Assembly: GCA_963789395.1 (NCBI GenBank)
Contig: CAWBKP010000015.1
Location: forward strand, 1 to 64,000
Source of the DNA: an uncultured delta proteobacterium
GTDB lineage: Bacteria > Desulfobacterota > Desulfobacteria > Desulfobacterales > Desulfatirhabdiaceae
DNA: 64,000 nucleotides
Direction of reading: 5' to 3'
Positions 41,706 through 52,961 of this stretch are shown here, piece after piece (positions within the stretch are counted from its first letter, which is position 1; each line of letters opens with the position of its first letter). The notes beneath the pieces were generated by a model, which searched no databases, was not told the DNA's origin, and saw nothing but the letters and a program-made list of their open reading frames with translations. The translations under genes and the position numbers were made by a program.

Positions 41706-41936
41706 TTATTCAACAATTTCAAGAACCGAGCGTTTTTTGATCTTTGCGGACGCCGCACTCAGAATGGTTCGCATGGCCCGGGCCGTTCGCCCCTGTTTAC
41801 CAATGACTTTTCCCAAATCCTCTTTAGCAACCTTCAGTTCCAGAACCGAGGTCTGATTCCCCTCGATCTCAGAAACAGACACCTGTTCCGGGTGGTCAAC
41901 AAGCGCACGGGCAATGTAATCGATCAGATCTTTCAT
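41706..41936 (-). CDS. khpA: KH-domain RNA-binding protein
   Basis: [18 protein letters not shown]; lies between rpsP and rimM. Confidence 0.92.
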   Translation of the reverse strand: MKDLIDYIARALVDHPEQVSVSEIEGNQTSVLELKVAKEDLGKVIGKQGRTARAMRTILSAASAKIKKRSVLEIVE

Positions 41937-41994
41937 AGCTCCATCTCCTTTGCTGCCAGGCGAGAATCGGGAAATGACGTCAAGGTCAAGAACT

Positions 41995-42249
41995 TCAGGC
42001 AGGGGAATCCGATATGCCCTGTTTTTTCAAGATGCTCTTGACCGTATCGGTCGGCGTTGCGCCCTGGCCGATCCAGTATTGAACGCGATCCATTTTCAGG
42101 GTGACATCAGCCGGGGTGTTCAGCGGATTATAGGTTCCCAGATTCTCCAGAAACTTGCCGTCCCGGGGGCATTGCCCATCTGCTGCCACGATACGGTAAA
42201 AGGGTCGTTTTTTTGCGCCGTGTCTGGCCAGTCGAATTTTTACAGACAT
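41995..42249 (-). CDS. rpsP: 30S ribosomal protein S16
   Basis: [21 protein letters not shown]. Confidence 0.98.
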   Translation of the reverse strand: MSVKIRLARHGAKKRPFYRIVAADGQCPRDGKFLENLGTYNPLNTPADVTLKMDRVQYWIGQGATPTDTVKSILKKQGISDSPA

Positions 42250-42283
42250 ATATTTCTCCTATGGTAATGGTGATAATCACAAA

Positions 42284-43618
42284 TTATTTAAATGGCGAAA
42301 AGCCTCTTCCAAACTTCTTAAGGCCGCCCTTGTTTATTTTCTTCATCATCTTCATGACATGGTCATAGTTTTTCAGCAGTTGATTCACATCCTGAACCGT
42401 TGTGCCGCTGCCGCCGGCAATCCGCTTTCTTCTGCTGCCGTTGATGACGCCGTGTTTATGACGTTCCAGCGGGGTCATGGAATTGATAATGGCCACAACC
42501 CGGCCCAGTTCTTTTTCATCCACCTGAAGGTCCTTGAGATGTTTGTTCTGGCCTACACCCGGAATCATGTTGATGAGATCCGTCAAAGATCCCATTTTTC
42601 GGATCTGAATCATCTGATCCCGAAAATCCTCAAGGGTAAACTGGTTTTTTCGAAGCTTTTTCTCCAGCTCGACAGCCTGTTTTTCGTCCACCACGGATTG
42701 AGCCTTCTCAATCATGGTCAGGACGTCCCCCATTCCCAGGATTCTGGAGGCCATCCGGTCGGGATGAAACACCTCAAAATCATTCAGCTTTTCACCGACG
42801 CCGATGAATTTTATGGGCTTATCGATGACCGTCTTTATGGAAATTGCAGCCCCGCCCCTGGCATCGCCGTCCATTTTGGTCAGAATCACCCCGCCGATAT
42901 TCAGTGCATCGTTAAAGGCGGTGGCAATGTTTACCGCATCCTGGCCGGTCATGGCATCGGCCACCAGCAAAATATCCGAGGGCTTCACCCGATCTCGAAT
43001 ACGGGCGAGTTCCTGCATCAGATCCGTATCAACGTGAAGGCGGCCCGCAGTATCCAGAATCAGTGTATCCAGGCCTTCCCGATGCGCCCGGTTTCTGGCT
43101 TCCATGCAGATATCCACAGGATCCATGTCCGGCGTTGAAGGAAACACCGGAACCGAAAGCTGATCCCCCAGTTTTTTGAGCTGTTCAATGGCTGCCGGAC
43201 GATAGACGTCCGCGGGAACCAGATAGGGCTTTTTTCCTTTTTTTCTTAAGTATATCGAAAGTTTTCCAGCAGTTGTGGTTTTCCCGGAGCCCTGAAGCCC
43301 AATGAGCATGATGGAAACCGGTCTTTCTCCGGACAGGTTCAGGTCCACCTGCCGGGAACCCATCAGCCGGGCCAGCTCTTCGTTGACAATCTTGATGACC
43401 TGCTGGCCGGGTGTCAGGCTGGACATAACTTCCCTGCCCAATGCCCGGTCCTTGATATCAGCGACGAATTTTTTGACCACCTTATAGTGGACATCTGCCT
43501 CAAGAAGCGCCAGTCGCACTTCTTTAAGCCCATCCTGAATGTTTTTTTCAGACAGGGTTCCGTGACCCTTTAACTGCTTAAAAACAGCATTCAGTTTGTC
43601 GCTGAGATTGTCAAACAT
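42284..43618 (-). CDS. ffh: Signal recognition particle protein
   Basis: GLQGSGKTT, DTAGR, TKMDGDARGG, M domain. Confidence 0.98.
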   Translation of the reverse strand: MFDNLSDKLNAVFKQLKGHGTLSEKNIQDGLKEVRLALLEADVHYKVVKKFVADIKDRALGREVMSSLTPGQQVIKIVNEELARLMGSRQVDLNLSGERPVSIMLIGLQGSGKTTTAGKLSIYLRKKGKKPYLVPADVYRPAAIEQLKKLGDQLSVPVFPSTPDMDPVDICMEARNRAHREGLDTLILDTAGRLHVDTDLMQELARIRDRVKPSDILLVADAMTGQDAVNIATAFNDALNIGGVILTKMDGDARGGAAISIKTVIDKPIKFIGVGEKLNDFEVFHPDRMASRILGMGDVLTMIEKAQSVVDEKQAVELEKKLRKNQFTLEDFRDQMIQIRKMGSLTDLINMIPGVGQNKHLKDLQVDEKELGRVVAIINSMTPLERHKHGVINGSRRKRIAGGSGTTVQDVNQLLKNYDHVMKMMKKINKGGLKKFGRGFSPFK

Positions 43619-43712
43619 AAAATTCACCTAAAGGCGTTACTAAATCCTTGAAAATAATATGGTAGAAATGGTATGTCAAGAAAATAGTTTGTTTTTCACG
43701 AAAGGCCTAAAT

Positions 43713-44768
43713 ATGAAATCTGACATGAGTGTATCCATACCCACTGACATCAAGAACCTGAGCCGGGAACAACTGGGGGTCTGGCTGGAGGAAAACGGCA
43801 TAAAACCCTACCGCGCCGGTCAGATTTTCAAATGGATATTTTCTCATCAGACAGATCAGTTTACCAGCATGACGGACCTGGGTCAAGAACTGCGAGAAAA
43901 ACTTGAGGCCCACTTTGTCATTTCCCGTCTGAATATCGAAAAAATCGAGACATCCCGGGACGGCACCCAAAAATTTCTATTCAGGCTGGCGGACGGCAAT
44001 TGTGTTGAAACCGTCCTGATTCCTGAAAAAAACCACTATACCCTGTGCATTTCCAGCCAGGTAGGCTGTGCCATGGGTTGCCGGTTTTGCCTGACCGCAA
44101 GCGGCGGGTTTATCCGAAATCTGACGCCCGGTGAAATCGTTTCCCAGGTTCGGGATATCAAAAAACATATCGGATCCGAGCCGCTGTCCAATATCGTAAT
44201 GATGGGGATGGGAGAGCCGCTTGCCAATTATGCGAATGTGGTTCAGGCTGTCCGCATCCTGACGGACAGGGATTTCGGGCTTGAATTTTCAACCCGCAGG
44301 GTGACCCTGTCCACAGCCGGCCTGATACCGGAACTGCTGCAACTGGGAAAGGACGTCACGGTCAACCTTGCAATATCCCTCAATGCAACGGATAATGAAA
44401 CCCGCAGCAGCCTGATGCCCATTAACCGGAAATATCCCCTGGAAGACCTTCTGGAAGCCTGCCGGCACTATCCGCTCGCCCCCAGAAAGCGGATCACGTT
44501 TGAATATATTTTAATCCAGGGAATCAATGATTCTCCGCAAGATGCCCTGCGCCTGACGAAACTGCTGCGGCCCATCAAGTCCAAAATCAATCTGATCCCT
44601 TTCAACGAGCATCCCGGCAGCCTATTTCAAAGGCCGGATGAAAAAACCATTCTGAAATTTCAGGACATATTGATTCAGCACCATTATACGGCCATGGTCC
44701 GAAACAGTAAGGGCCAGGATATTTCCGCCGCCTGCGGGCAGCTACGGGCAACCCATGAAATCGCTTGA
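43713..44768 (+). CDS. rlmN: Dual-specificity rRNA/tRNA methyltransferase
   Basis: CISSQVGCAMGCRFC, MGMGEP, DISAACGQL. Confidence 0.97.
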   Translation: MKSDMSVSIPTDIKNLSREQLGVWLEENGIKPYRAGQIFKWIFSHQTDQFTSMTDLGQELREKLEAHFVISRLNIEKIETSRDGTQKFLFRLADGNCVETVLIPEKNHYTLCISSQVGCAMGCRFCLTASGGFIRNLTPGEIVSQVRDIKKHIGSEPLSNIVMMGMGEPLANYANVVQAVRILTDRDFGLEFSTRRVTLSTAGLIPELLQLGKDVTVNLAISLNATDNETRSSLMPINRKYPLEDLLEACRHYPLAPRKRITFEYILIQGINDSPQDALRLTKLLRPIKSKINLIPFNEHPGSLFQRPDEKTILKFQDILIQHHYTAMVRNSKGQDISAACGQLRATHEIA

Positions 44769-45375
44769 AATCGAGATCAAATTTTATATACCGGACATTG
44801 ATATCGTCCGTGACAAAATCCGCTCTCTGGGAGCCCAGCAGACGGGCGGCAGCTTTGAAACCAACATCCGGTTTGACGACGCAGGGCAGCGGCTTGCCGA
44901 GGCGAAAAAACTGCTCAGGCTCCGTCAGGATACACGTTGCCGGCTGACCGTAAAATCGCCGCCTGCAGATGCAGACACTGATTTTAAAATCTTCAGGGAA
45001 CTGGAAGTGGAAGTCAGCGATTCAAAAACCATGACAGCCATCCTGGAGCAGCTTGGTTTTTTCCCCCGACAGGTGTATGAAAAATATCGTGAAACCTATC
45101 TTTTCAGCCATACGGAGCTTTGCCTGGACACCCTGCCGTATGGGCATTTTCTGGAAATCGAGGGCGGAAAAGACGATATTCGGAAGGCGGCCGCGGCCAT
45201 CGGCTTAAACTGGGAAAAAAGAATTACCGAGAATTACCTGGCCTTGTTTGCCGCACTCCAAAAGCAGTTAAAACTGCCGTTTGAAGATGTGACGTTTGAG
45301 AATTTCAAGAACATGGCGTTAGACGACTCCCTGATCCATAACATACTGGAATCAGGGAGTTCGCCCCGCAAATAA
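44755..45375 (+). CDS. CYTH-domain (class IV adenylate cyclase-like) protein
   Basis: EIEIK motif, LRLR, EKYRE, FLEIEG. Confidence 0.85.
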   Translation: MKSLEIEIKFYIPDIDIVRDKIRSLGAQQTGGSFETNIRFDDAGQRLAEAKKLLRLRQDTRCRLTVKSPPADADTDFKIFRELEVEVSDSKTMTAILEQLGFFPRQVYEKYRETYLFSHTELCLDTLPYGHFLEIEGGKDDIRKAAAAIGLNWEKRITENYLALFAALQKQLKLPFEDVTFENFKNMALDDSLIHNILESGSSPRK

Positions 45376-45383
45376 CAGGGTGT

Positions 45384-45758
45384 TCAGTCAGGATAATATG
45401 TCGCGCAGGCGTTATGGGATTCCCAGGTGGTAACACTGTAAACATAAGCTGCAGGAGAATAAAAAGTGTCCTTTAGCCCGGTTGCGATATACAGCGCCAG
45501 GTTTTCCGAAGATGACGGAAAATGATCGCCAAATCCTTCCAGATCGTTTAAAAAACAGTGATCCAACTTCTCCACAATGCGTTTGACCGCCTGCTTGATT
45601 TCTCCGAAATCCACCAGAACCCCTGCGGCATTCAATTCTTTCCCCCGAATGCAAACCTCGACTTTCCAGTTATGGCCATGAAGGTTTTCACATTTCTTGT
45701 CCACCATTTTCAGTTGATGCGCAGCCGCAAAATGAGAGACGACTTTGAGTTCAAACAT
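45384..45758 (-). CDS. queD: 6-carboxy-tetrahydropterin synthase
   Basis: FAAAH..CENLHGHNW..LDH..SSENLA..WES. Confidence 0.93.
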   Translation of the reverse strand: MFELKVVSHFAAAHQLKMVDKKCENLHGHNWKVEVCIRGKELNAAGVLVDFGEIKQAVKRIVEKLDHCFLNDLEGFGDHFPSSSENLALYIATGLKDTFYSPAAYVYSVTTWESHNACATYYPD

Positions 45759-45782
45759 ATTTTTCCCCTCTATAAATCAGGA

Positions 45783-46892
45783 CTACCTTCCGGCAGCGCC
45801 TCCTTTTAATATATTTTTCAGCTTGTTTGAGAATTTACCGGATTCCAGCTTTTTAAATTCCCGCAGCAGATCTTCCTGTTTTTTACTGAGATGGGTCGGT
45901 GTTTTGATATCTACCTGAATGACCTGGTCCCCGCGTTTCCCGTTTCTCAGAGAGGGAATGCCTTCTCCGTAAAATCGGAACAGTTCACCGGGCTGGGTCC
46001 CTTTCGGAATTTTCAGGGTTTTTTCCCCATTTAATGTCGGAACCGTGATTTCATCACCCAGAGCCGCTTGAATAAAAGATATGGGAACCACGCAAATGAC
46101 ATCCACATTGCTCCTTTGAAAAAACGCATGGGGTTCAACGTGGATGAAAACATAAAGATCGCCGGGAGGCCCGTTGTGGGAACCGGCTTCGCCCTCGCCG
46201 GTCAGCCTGAGGCGGGAGCCGGTATCAACCCCGCCGGGGATTTTTACAGACACTTTTTTATGAATCAGCACCTTGCCGGCGCCGCTGCATTCGGTGCAGG
46301 GATTGGCGATGATCTGTCCCTGACCCCGACAGGAGGGACAGGTGGTTCGCACCGTAAAAAAACCCTGGCTGCGGGAAACCTGGCCGGAGCCCTGGCAGTG
46401 ACGGCAGTTTTCCGGATATGTCCCCGGCTTACAGGCGCTGCCTTCGCACTGGGGACAGGTTGCCGTCTTTTCAAGGTCGATTTCCGTTTCCGTCCCGAAT
46501 ACAGCATCCATGAAACTGAGACGCATGTCGTAACGAAGATCCGAGCCTCTCTGGGTGCGGCTCTGGGATCGACCTGCTCCGGAAAACCCGAAAAGATCCT
46601 CAAAAATTCCCCCGAAACTTGAAAAAATATCTTCGAATCCTCGAAACCCTGAAAATCCCGCACCTTCAAGACCCTGATGACCGTACTGATCATAAATCTG
46701 GCGTTTTTGCGGATCCTGCAGCACTTCATACGCTTCGGCAGCCTCTTTAAAATTCTCTTCGGCAGCCTTGTTGCCGGGGTTTTTATCCGGATGATATTTG
46801 ATAGCCTGTTTTCGATAGGCTGATTTCAGCTCGGCTTCCGAGGCATCTCTGCCTACACCCAATATTTCGTAATAGTCCCGCTTAATCGTCAT
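45783..46892 (-). CDS. dnaJ: Chaperone DnaJ
   Basis: J domain HPD; four CxxCxGxG-type repeats. Confidence 0.97.
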   Translation of the reverse strand: MTIKRDYYEILGVGRDASEAELKSAYRKQAIKYHPDKNPGNKAAEENFKEAAEAYEVLQDPQKRQIYDQYGHQGLEGAGFSGFRGFEDIFSSFGGIFEDLFGFSGAGRSQSRTQRGSDLRYDMRLSFMDAVFGTETEIDLEKTATCPQCEGSACKPGTYPENCRHCQGSGQVSRSQGFFTVRTTCPSCRGQGQIIANPCTECSGAGKVLIHKKVSVKIPGGVDTGSRLRLTGEGEAGSHNGPPGDLYVFIHVEPHAFFQRSNVDVICVVPISFIQAALGDEITVPTLNGEKTLKIPKGTQPGELFRFYGEGIPSLRNGKRGDQVIQVDIKTPTHLSKKQEDLLREFKKLESGKFSNKLKNILKGGAAGR

Positions 46893-46988
46893 GGAGAATC
46901 CTGAAGGTAATCGATACAGATATATGATTGGAAAGTAAAATTCGCGTAAATGAATATCCGCTAAATATTAATGCAATAATTGATGTTG

Positions 46989-48626
46989 TCAACCTACAAA
47001 CGGGCGGCGAATCACCGTATCCTTTTTCCAGCGCTCATCATCCCGGCATGGATATTCGATATTGTAATGAAGCCCTCTGCTCTCTTTTCTGTGCATGGCA
47101 CATTTAATGATCAACTCGGCAACCATTGCAATGTTTCGCAGCTCGATCAGATCGGCAGACACTTTAAAATCCCAATAATATTCCTGAATTTCACTCTGAA
47201 TAATTTCGATTCGGCGTCTTGCCCGGTTAAGCCGCTTGTCCGAGCGAACAATTCCCACATAATTCCACATGAACCGTCGGATTTCATCCCAGTTTTGCGT
47301 GACCATGATCAGTTCATCGCCATGCGTCGTGCCGACCTCATCCCAGCCGGGAGCCTCAGGCATTGCCTTGAAATCCATGGATTGAAGCTCCTTTACGGCC
47401 TCATCCGCAGCGGAATCCGCATATACCAGCGCTTCTATGAGGGAATTGCTGGCAAGCCGGTTGGCTCCATGCAGCCCGGTACAGGCCGTCTCTCCGATAG
47501 CATACAGTCTGTGAATATCCGTGCGGCCGCACATATCCGTGGAAACGCCGCCACACATGTAATGGGCGGCCGGCACCACCGGAACGGGCCCGGCAGTCAT
47601 GTCCAGACCGAAACCAAGGCATTTCTGATAGAGATTCGGGAACCGCGATTTGATAAATTCCGGCTTTTTATGCGATATGTCGAGGTAAACCGAATCATCT
47701 CCGCTTTTCTTCAATTCGGTATCAATAGCACGGGCCACCACATCTCTACAGGCAAGGTCTTTTTGCGGATCGTATTTTCCCATGAAAGCATGGCCCGCAG
47801 CGTCTACCAGAATACCGCCTTCCCCCCGGACCGCTTCGGAAATCAGAAAATTCTTGGCATCCGGATGATACAGACAGGTGGGATGAAACTGAACGAATTC
47901 CAGGTCGGCGACGGTGGCGCCTGCGCGGTACCCCATGGCAATGCCGTCTCCCGTGGCGATATCGGGATTGCTGGTGTACAGATAGACTTTTCCGGCCCCG
48001 CCGGTTGCCAGCAGCGTTATTTTGGCTTCAAAAGTATGGACCTGCTGGGAGAAACGATCCAGAACATAGGCGCCGCAGCAGAAGGCTTCATGGGTGGTTG
48101 TCACCAGTCCGCGTTTCATGCGTGTAGAGCAGGTTATCAGGTCAATGGCGATATGATTTTCAATGACGCGGATACGATCGTTTTCCCGGACATGTGCAAC
48201 CAGAATTTTTTCCAGTTCCAGTCCGGTCATATCCTCGGCATGCACGATCCGTTTCTGAGAATGGCCCCCTTCACGGCCAAGATCAAGATCCGGCGATCCT
48301 TGATATCGCTGTTCTTCCTTGAGGTTAAATTTGACCCCCAGATCGATGAGCTCGCGGATCCGATCGGGTCCGGACCGGACCACTTTTTCAACGACTTCCC
48401 GGTTACACAGACCGTCGCCGGACGCAAGGGTATCCTGAATATGCAGGTCAAAAGAATCCACTTTGCTGAAAACTGAAGCGATCCCCCCTTGCGCCTGAGT
48501 GGTGTTGCTGTCCATGATGCCTTTTTTGGTTACCAATACCACTTCACCAAAATCAGCAACCTTCAGCGCAAATGTCAAGCCGGCCACACCGCTGCCTATC
48601 ACTAAAAAATCGGTTTGAATGTTCAC
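46989..48626 (-). CDS. nadB: L-aspartate oxidase
   Basis: GSGVAG, AQGGIA, EGGHS, QFHPT, HYMCGG, LHGANRLASNSL. Confidence 0.96.
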   Translation of the reverse strand: MNIQTDFLVIGSGVAGLTFALKVADFGEVVLVTKKGIMDSNTTQAQGGIASVFSKVDSFDLHIQDTLASGDGLCNREVVEKVVRSGPDRIRELIDLGVKFNLKEEQRYQGSPDLDLGREGGHSQKRIVHAEDMTGLELEKILVAHVRENDRIRVIENHIAIDLITCSTRMKRGLVTTTHEAFCCGAYVLDRFSQQVHTFEAKITLLATGGAGKVYLYTSNPDIATGDGIAMGYRAGATVADLEFVQFHPTCLYHPDAKNFLISEAVRGEGGILVDAAGHAFMGKYDPQKDLACRDVVARAIDTELKKSGDDSVYLDISHKKPEFIKSRFPNLYQKCLGFGLDMTAGPVPVVPAAHYMCGGVSTDMCGRTDIHRLYAIGETACTGLHGANRLASNSLIEALVYADSAADEAVKELQSMDFKAMPEAPGWDEVGTTHGDELIMVTQNWDEIRRFMWNYVGIVRSDKRLNRARRRIEIIQSEIQEYYWDFKVSADLIELRNIAMVAELIIKCAMHRKESRGLHYNIEYPCRDDERWKKDTVIRRPFVG

Positions 48627-48650
48627 AGGAATACCTTTTTTGCAGTTTTA

Positions 48651-49301
48651 TCAGCGAATCAACGAATACGACCGTTTTCTTCTGGTAATGACCCCGATTA
48701 AAAAACCGGCCAGCAGCATGCCGCCGCCTGCCAGAAACCATTTGAAATTCTGATCAAACGTGGCTTTTCCGACCTCGGCTTCCAGCAGTTCGAGCTTTTT
48801 GCCCTGTTCGGAAACCTTAACCAGAGCCGCTTCATAATCTGCTCTGAGCTTGGCAACTTCCTGAGAATCTTTTTTCAATGTCTGGTAACTGTCATTCAGC
48901 GTCTGCAATTGCTGGCTGCAATTTTGCTGTTCTACGGCAAGATTCCGGTTTTCCTCCTGAAGTCTGCGGGCGTCTTCCGGGGGAATGCCGGTCTGGGCGG
49001 AAAGCTCGGCATATTTTTTTTCAAGCTCTTTAAGCGCCAGGGAACTAGGCATCTGCGTCGACAGAAAACGGCTCAGGACCCATCCCTCCTTGTCGTTCGA
49101 AAGCCGTATCTTTGTCCATTCATTTCCAGACTGCAGGACATTCACCTGGTCTCCAGTGGCCAGAATGCTGACTATTTTTTTATCGTTTCCCGGTTCCTGG
49201 CGAACCGTAAGCCTGATATTCTCTGAAACATAAACATTTTCGGCCCACGATGTCCCGGCCAGCAGTAAAATCCAGCACCCGATCAATACAATACGATTCA
49301 T
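48651..49301 (-). CDS. SH3-domain coiled-coil membrane protein (TIGR04211/YgiM-like)
   Basis: Signal peptide, SH3b (EGWVLSRFL), coiled coil, C-terminal TM KWFLAGGG. Confidence 0.85.
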   Translation of the reverse strand: MNRIVLIGCWILLLAGTSWAENVYVSENIRLTVRQEPGNDKKIVSILATGDQVNVLQSGNEWTKIRLSNDKEGWVLSRFLSTQMPSSLALKELEKKYAELSAQTGIPPEDARRLQEENRNLAVEQQNCSQQLQTLNDSYQTLKKDSQEVAKLRADYEAALVKVSEQGKKLELLEAEVGKATFDQNFKWFLAGGGMLLAGFLIGVITRRKRSYSLIR

Positions 49302-49509
49302 GGATAACGGTCTCCAAATTTGGGGGTTGCCCTGGACAGCATCAGGGGTTACGCTGAAACAGCTGCTGTATTTTGAGTTGAATTCCCTTGCGCTGTCAAT
49401 AATTTCTTTTCAATTTTATAGGGGTATGGTATTTTTATAATTCATAAAAATCGTCTTTGACGATTCATTTTTCAGTCAACCATGTATCAAGCTGCCCGGG
49501 TGAGAGGAA

Positions 49510-49920
49510 ATGATTGTTTTTGATTTAAGATGTTTACAGGGCCATCAGTTTGAGGGCTGGTTTGATGACGGGAATGCCTACGAAGATCAGAAAGCCAGGG
49601 GATTGTTAACCTGTCCGGTATGTCATGACGCCAATGTCTCAAAGATACCGACAGCCTTTTCCATTAAAGCCTCTCATTCTGACAAACGGCCCGCCCTTGC
49701 ACAGAAAGAGCTTGCCAGACTTGAAAAAACACTCGCTGCGTTTATTGAAACCAATTTTGACAATGTCGGCTCCCGGTTTGCCACCGAAGCATTGAAAATC
49801 CATTACGGCGTCACCGAACCCCGGAACATCAGGGGAACCAGCACGCAGGAAGAAGAAAAAACGCTGAAAGAAGAAGGCATTGAGTTTATAAAGATCCCCG
49901 TTGTTTCAAACGACGGATGA
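49510..49920 (+). CDS. DUF1178 family protein
   Basis: MIVFDLRC..GHQFEGWF..CPVC..VG.RFA.EA..IHYG. Confidence 0.88.
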   Translation: MIVFDLRCLQGHQFEGWFDDGNAYEDQKARGLLTCPVCHDANVSKIPTAFSIKASHSDKRPALAQKELARLEKTLAAFIETNFDNVGSRFATEALKIHYGVTEPRNIRGTSTQEEEKTLKEEGIEFIKIPVVSNDG

Positions 49921-49969
49921 CATACGGCATACAACTTCGGGCGGGCAGACGACAGAACCAATATACGCG

Positions 49970-51706
49970 TCATCTGTCATCTTCCGTCCGTTCTGCATCA
50001 CAGGCACCGCATGCGCGGCATTCCGTCATGGGGCAGGCAGGCGAGGTTTTTCCCGCCATTGCCTTGACGTACTCCTTTTCCAGGAAGCTCTTTTTGACCC
50101 CGTTATCGATATGATCCCATGGCAACACCTCATCCAGAGGCCGCTGCCGATGGATGTAAAACGAAAGGGAAAAACCCGGCGTTTCCTTGAAGGTTTTTCT
50201 CCAGTCACCCTTGTTTTGGACGGCCCGGATCAGCAGGTCCGATACCCTGCGGTCGCCTCTGGACAAAAAGGCCTGAACCGCTGCCTCCTTGAAACTGTTT
50301 GCTTCAACCCGCACATTGGGAACCTGTTTCAGGCCAAGATTGATGATTGCCAGTTTTTTTTTCAACACGGGCATCGTATCCATTGCAGCCCACTGAAACG
50401 GCGTGGCAGGCTTGGGAATAAAGGCATTGACACTGATTGTCATCTCACCGATACGGCCCTGAACCCTGCTGCTTTCCAGAAAAGCACCCTTGACCTTTTG
50501 GCAGAGGGTGACTATGGCGTGAACATCTTCGATGGTTTCCGTGGGAAGCCCCACCATAAAATAGAGCTTCAGGTTCGGAATCCCGGCTGCCACCAGCGCT
50601 GAAGCGGCGTTTAAGATCTGAGATTCCGTAATTCCCTTGTTGATTACCCGGCGCATGCGCTCCGATCCGCCATCCGGGGCTATGGTCGCTGTCTTGACAC
50701 CGCTTTGAGCCAGAGACGAAACCAGATCCGGCGTCAGGGCATCCGCCCGAAGCGAGCTGAATGAAAGCTGCACCCCTGTTTCCCGCGCCTGATCACAGAG
50801 TCTGCCAAGATCGGGAAGATCCGATACCGCCGCACCGACCAGACCGATTTTTGTCGACAGTTTCGCCCCTTCTTGCATACACGCAGCCAGAAGCGCCAAG
50901 GGCCTGAACCGCGGCGGACGGTAAACAAACCCGGCCGAACAAAACCGGCAGCCATGGGGACATCCCCTGCTGACCTCGATCAGACACGTGTTTCCAAATG
51001 AAGAATTCGGCGTAATGACAACGCTCTGCGTGGGCACGTCTTCAAGGTGGGGCACATGAACCCGGCTGATTTTCCGGGGAGGAGGAAACTTTCCAACTGG
51101 ATTCAGCGATTCAAGAATGCCATCGGATGTATAGCTGTCCTGATAACGGGCGGGAATATAGGCACCGGGCACCTGCCGGGCAAGTCTGTCCAGCAAAGCG
51201 CCGTGATCTGAACTGAATTCAACACAATCCATGAACCGGGGAAGCAGGTGTTCCGCTTCCCCGATCAGAAAGCAATCGATAAAATGGGCGATGGGTTCGG
51301 GATTGATGAAACAGGCGACCCCTCCGGCAATGACGAGTGGATGGGCTGCATGTCTTTGAGATGACAGCAGCGGAATACCGGCATCCTTGAGCAGTGTCAG
51401 CAGGTTGAGATAATCATTTTCAAAAGAAATAGAAAAGGCTATGATATCAAAATCTTCAAGATGACTTCCGGATTCCACGGAAACAGCTGGACCCGGTATA
51501 TCCGGAAGAAACGCCCTTTCACACACCACGGATGCCATGCTGTTCAACAGGCGGTAAACAGCTTGGAATCCCAGATTGGGCAGCCCCACGGCATAATGAT
51601 TGGGATAAACCAGCGCAATGCTGGTTTTCCCCTTCCAGTTTTTTCGAATGCTCCCTGTTTCGGCTTTGGCATGCTCATGGTGACGCTTCGCCCTGCCATG
51701 CCTCAA
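49970..51706 (-). CDS. Radical SAM protein (B12-binding-like N-terminus)
   Basis: RGCPHGCRFC; LKLYFMVGLP; FIPKPATPFQW; LPWDHID. Confidence 0.88.
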   Translation of the reverse strand: MRHGRAKRHHEHAKAETGSIRKNWKGKTSIALVYPNHYAVGLPNLGFQAVYRLLNSMASVVCERAFLPDIPGPAVSVESGSHLEDFDIIAFSISFENDYLNLLTLLKDAGIPLLSSQRHAAHPLVIAGGVACFINPEPIAHFIDCFLIGEAEHLLPRFMDCVEFSSDHGALLDRLARQVPGAYIPARYQDSYTSDGILESLNPVGKFPPPRKISRVHVPHLEDVPTQSVVITPNSSFGNTCLIEVSRGCPHGCRFCSAGFVYRPPRFRPLALLAACMQEGAKLSTKIGLVGAAVSDLPDLGRLCDQARETGVQLSFSSLRADALTPDLVSSLAQSGVKTATIAPDGGSERMRRVINKGITESQILNAASALVAAGIPNLKLYFMVGLPTETIEDVHAIVTLCQKVKGAFLESSRVQGRIGEMTISVNAFIPKPATPFQWAAMDTMPVLKKKLAIINLGLKQVPNVRVEANSFKEAAVQAFLSRGDRRVSDLLIRAVQNKGDWRKTFKETPGFSLSFYIHRQRPLDEVLPWDHIDNGVKKSFLEKEYVKAMAGKTSPACPMTECRACGACDAERTEDDR

Positions 51707-51709
51707 TCG

Positions 51710-52898
51710 CTAATCCGCCTTTCTTCTTAAAAAAGTGGGCACATCCAGATCGTATTCATCCTGAGCGTTGATCTTGAATCCGCAATCCACATCCGGAATC
51801 GACCGCCTCATCCACCTTGATCTGCTTACGGATAAAAGCCGGCTCCTCATAATCAATGATATTCTCCATGTCCGATGGCGTAATATCTCTTAACCTGCCC
51901 CGAAGCGCCGTCAGTTTCCGCCTTCCCGGAATGATTTCAGCGCTGGACCCAATGCCGGTTGCAATAACGGTCACCCGCATCTCATCACCGAGGTTGTCAT
52001 CAAATATCTGGCCCCAGATGATTTCCGCATCGTCACCCACTTCCTTATGAATGCGATCCGAGGCCTCCGTCATTTCATCCAGGGTAATCTCCCGTGTACT
52101 GGTGATATTCATGAGAACGCCCTTGGCGCCGGAAATGGACATATCCTCTAGAAGCGGGTGCTGAATGGCCCTTTCGGCTGCCTCAACGGCCCGGTTTTCG
52201 CCGCTGGCGATGCCGATGCCCATCAGCGCCATACCGGATTTGGACATGGTATTGCGGACATCTGCAAAGTCCAGATTCACATATCCGGGCATGAAAATCA
52301 AATCCGTGATGCCTTTGACCGAGTTCAGCAGGATTTCATCAGCTTTTTTAAACATATCAATAAGTTTTGCATTTTTTGAGGCCAGCCCTCTCAAGCGGTC
52401 ATTGGGAATGGTAATGACCGTATCGGCTACCTGACGAAGCGACTCGATGCCTTCATCCGCACACCTGGCGCGTTTTTTCCCCTCAAACGAAAAGGGCTTG
52501 GTCACGACGGCAACCGTTAGGATATCCATTTCCTTGCAGATGTCGGCGATTACAGGAGCAGCTCCCGTACCAGTTCCGCCGCCAAAGCCGGCGGTAATAA
52601 AGACCATGTTGCTGCCTGCCAGTGCATTTCGAAGGGCATCGGTATTTTCCAGCGCAGCTTCTCTTCCGACTTGAGAATTGGCGCCGGCACCCAGCCCCTT
52701 GGTCAATTCTTCTCCGAGCTGAAGTTTAATCTGGGCCTTGGAACTGCTGAGCGCCTGCAAATCCGTATTGGCTACAATAAACGTAACCCCTTGAAGGTTG
52801 GATTCAATCATGTTGTTGACGGCATTTCCACCGGCACCGCCAACGCCCACCACTTTAATGACAGCCTGTGTTTCATTCTCTACAAAGCTAAAAGACAT
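51710..52898 (-). CDS. ftsZ: Cell division protein FtsZ (indel in the C-terminal linker)
   Basis: GGGTGTG; conserved tail DLDVPTFLRRKAD* lies off-frame and ends at 51710. Confidence 0.97.
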
Positions 52899-52961
52899 AC
52901 TCCCCCCTCCTTAGCCCCCTTAACGATCGCCCATTATTCAAATATTCCATATGATTAATTG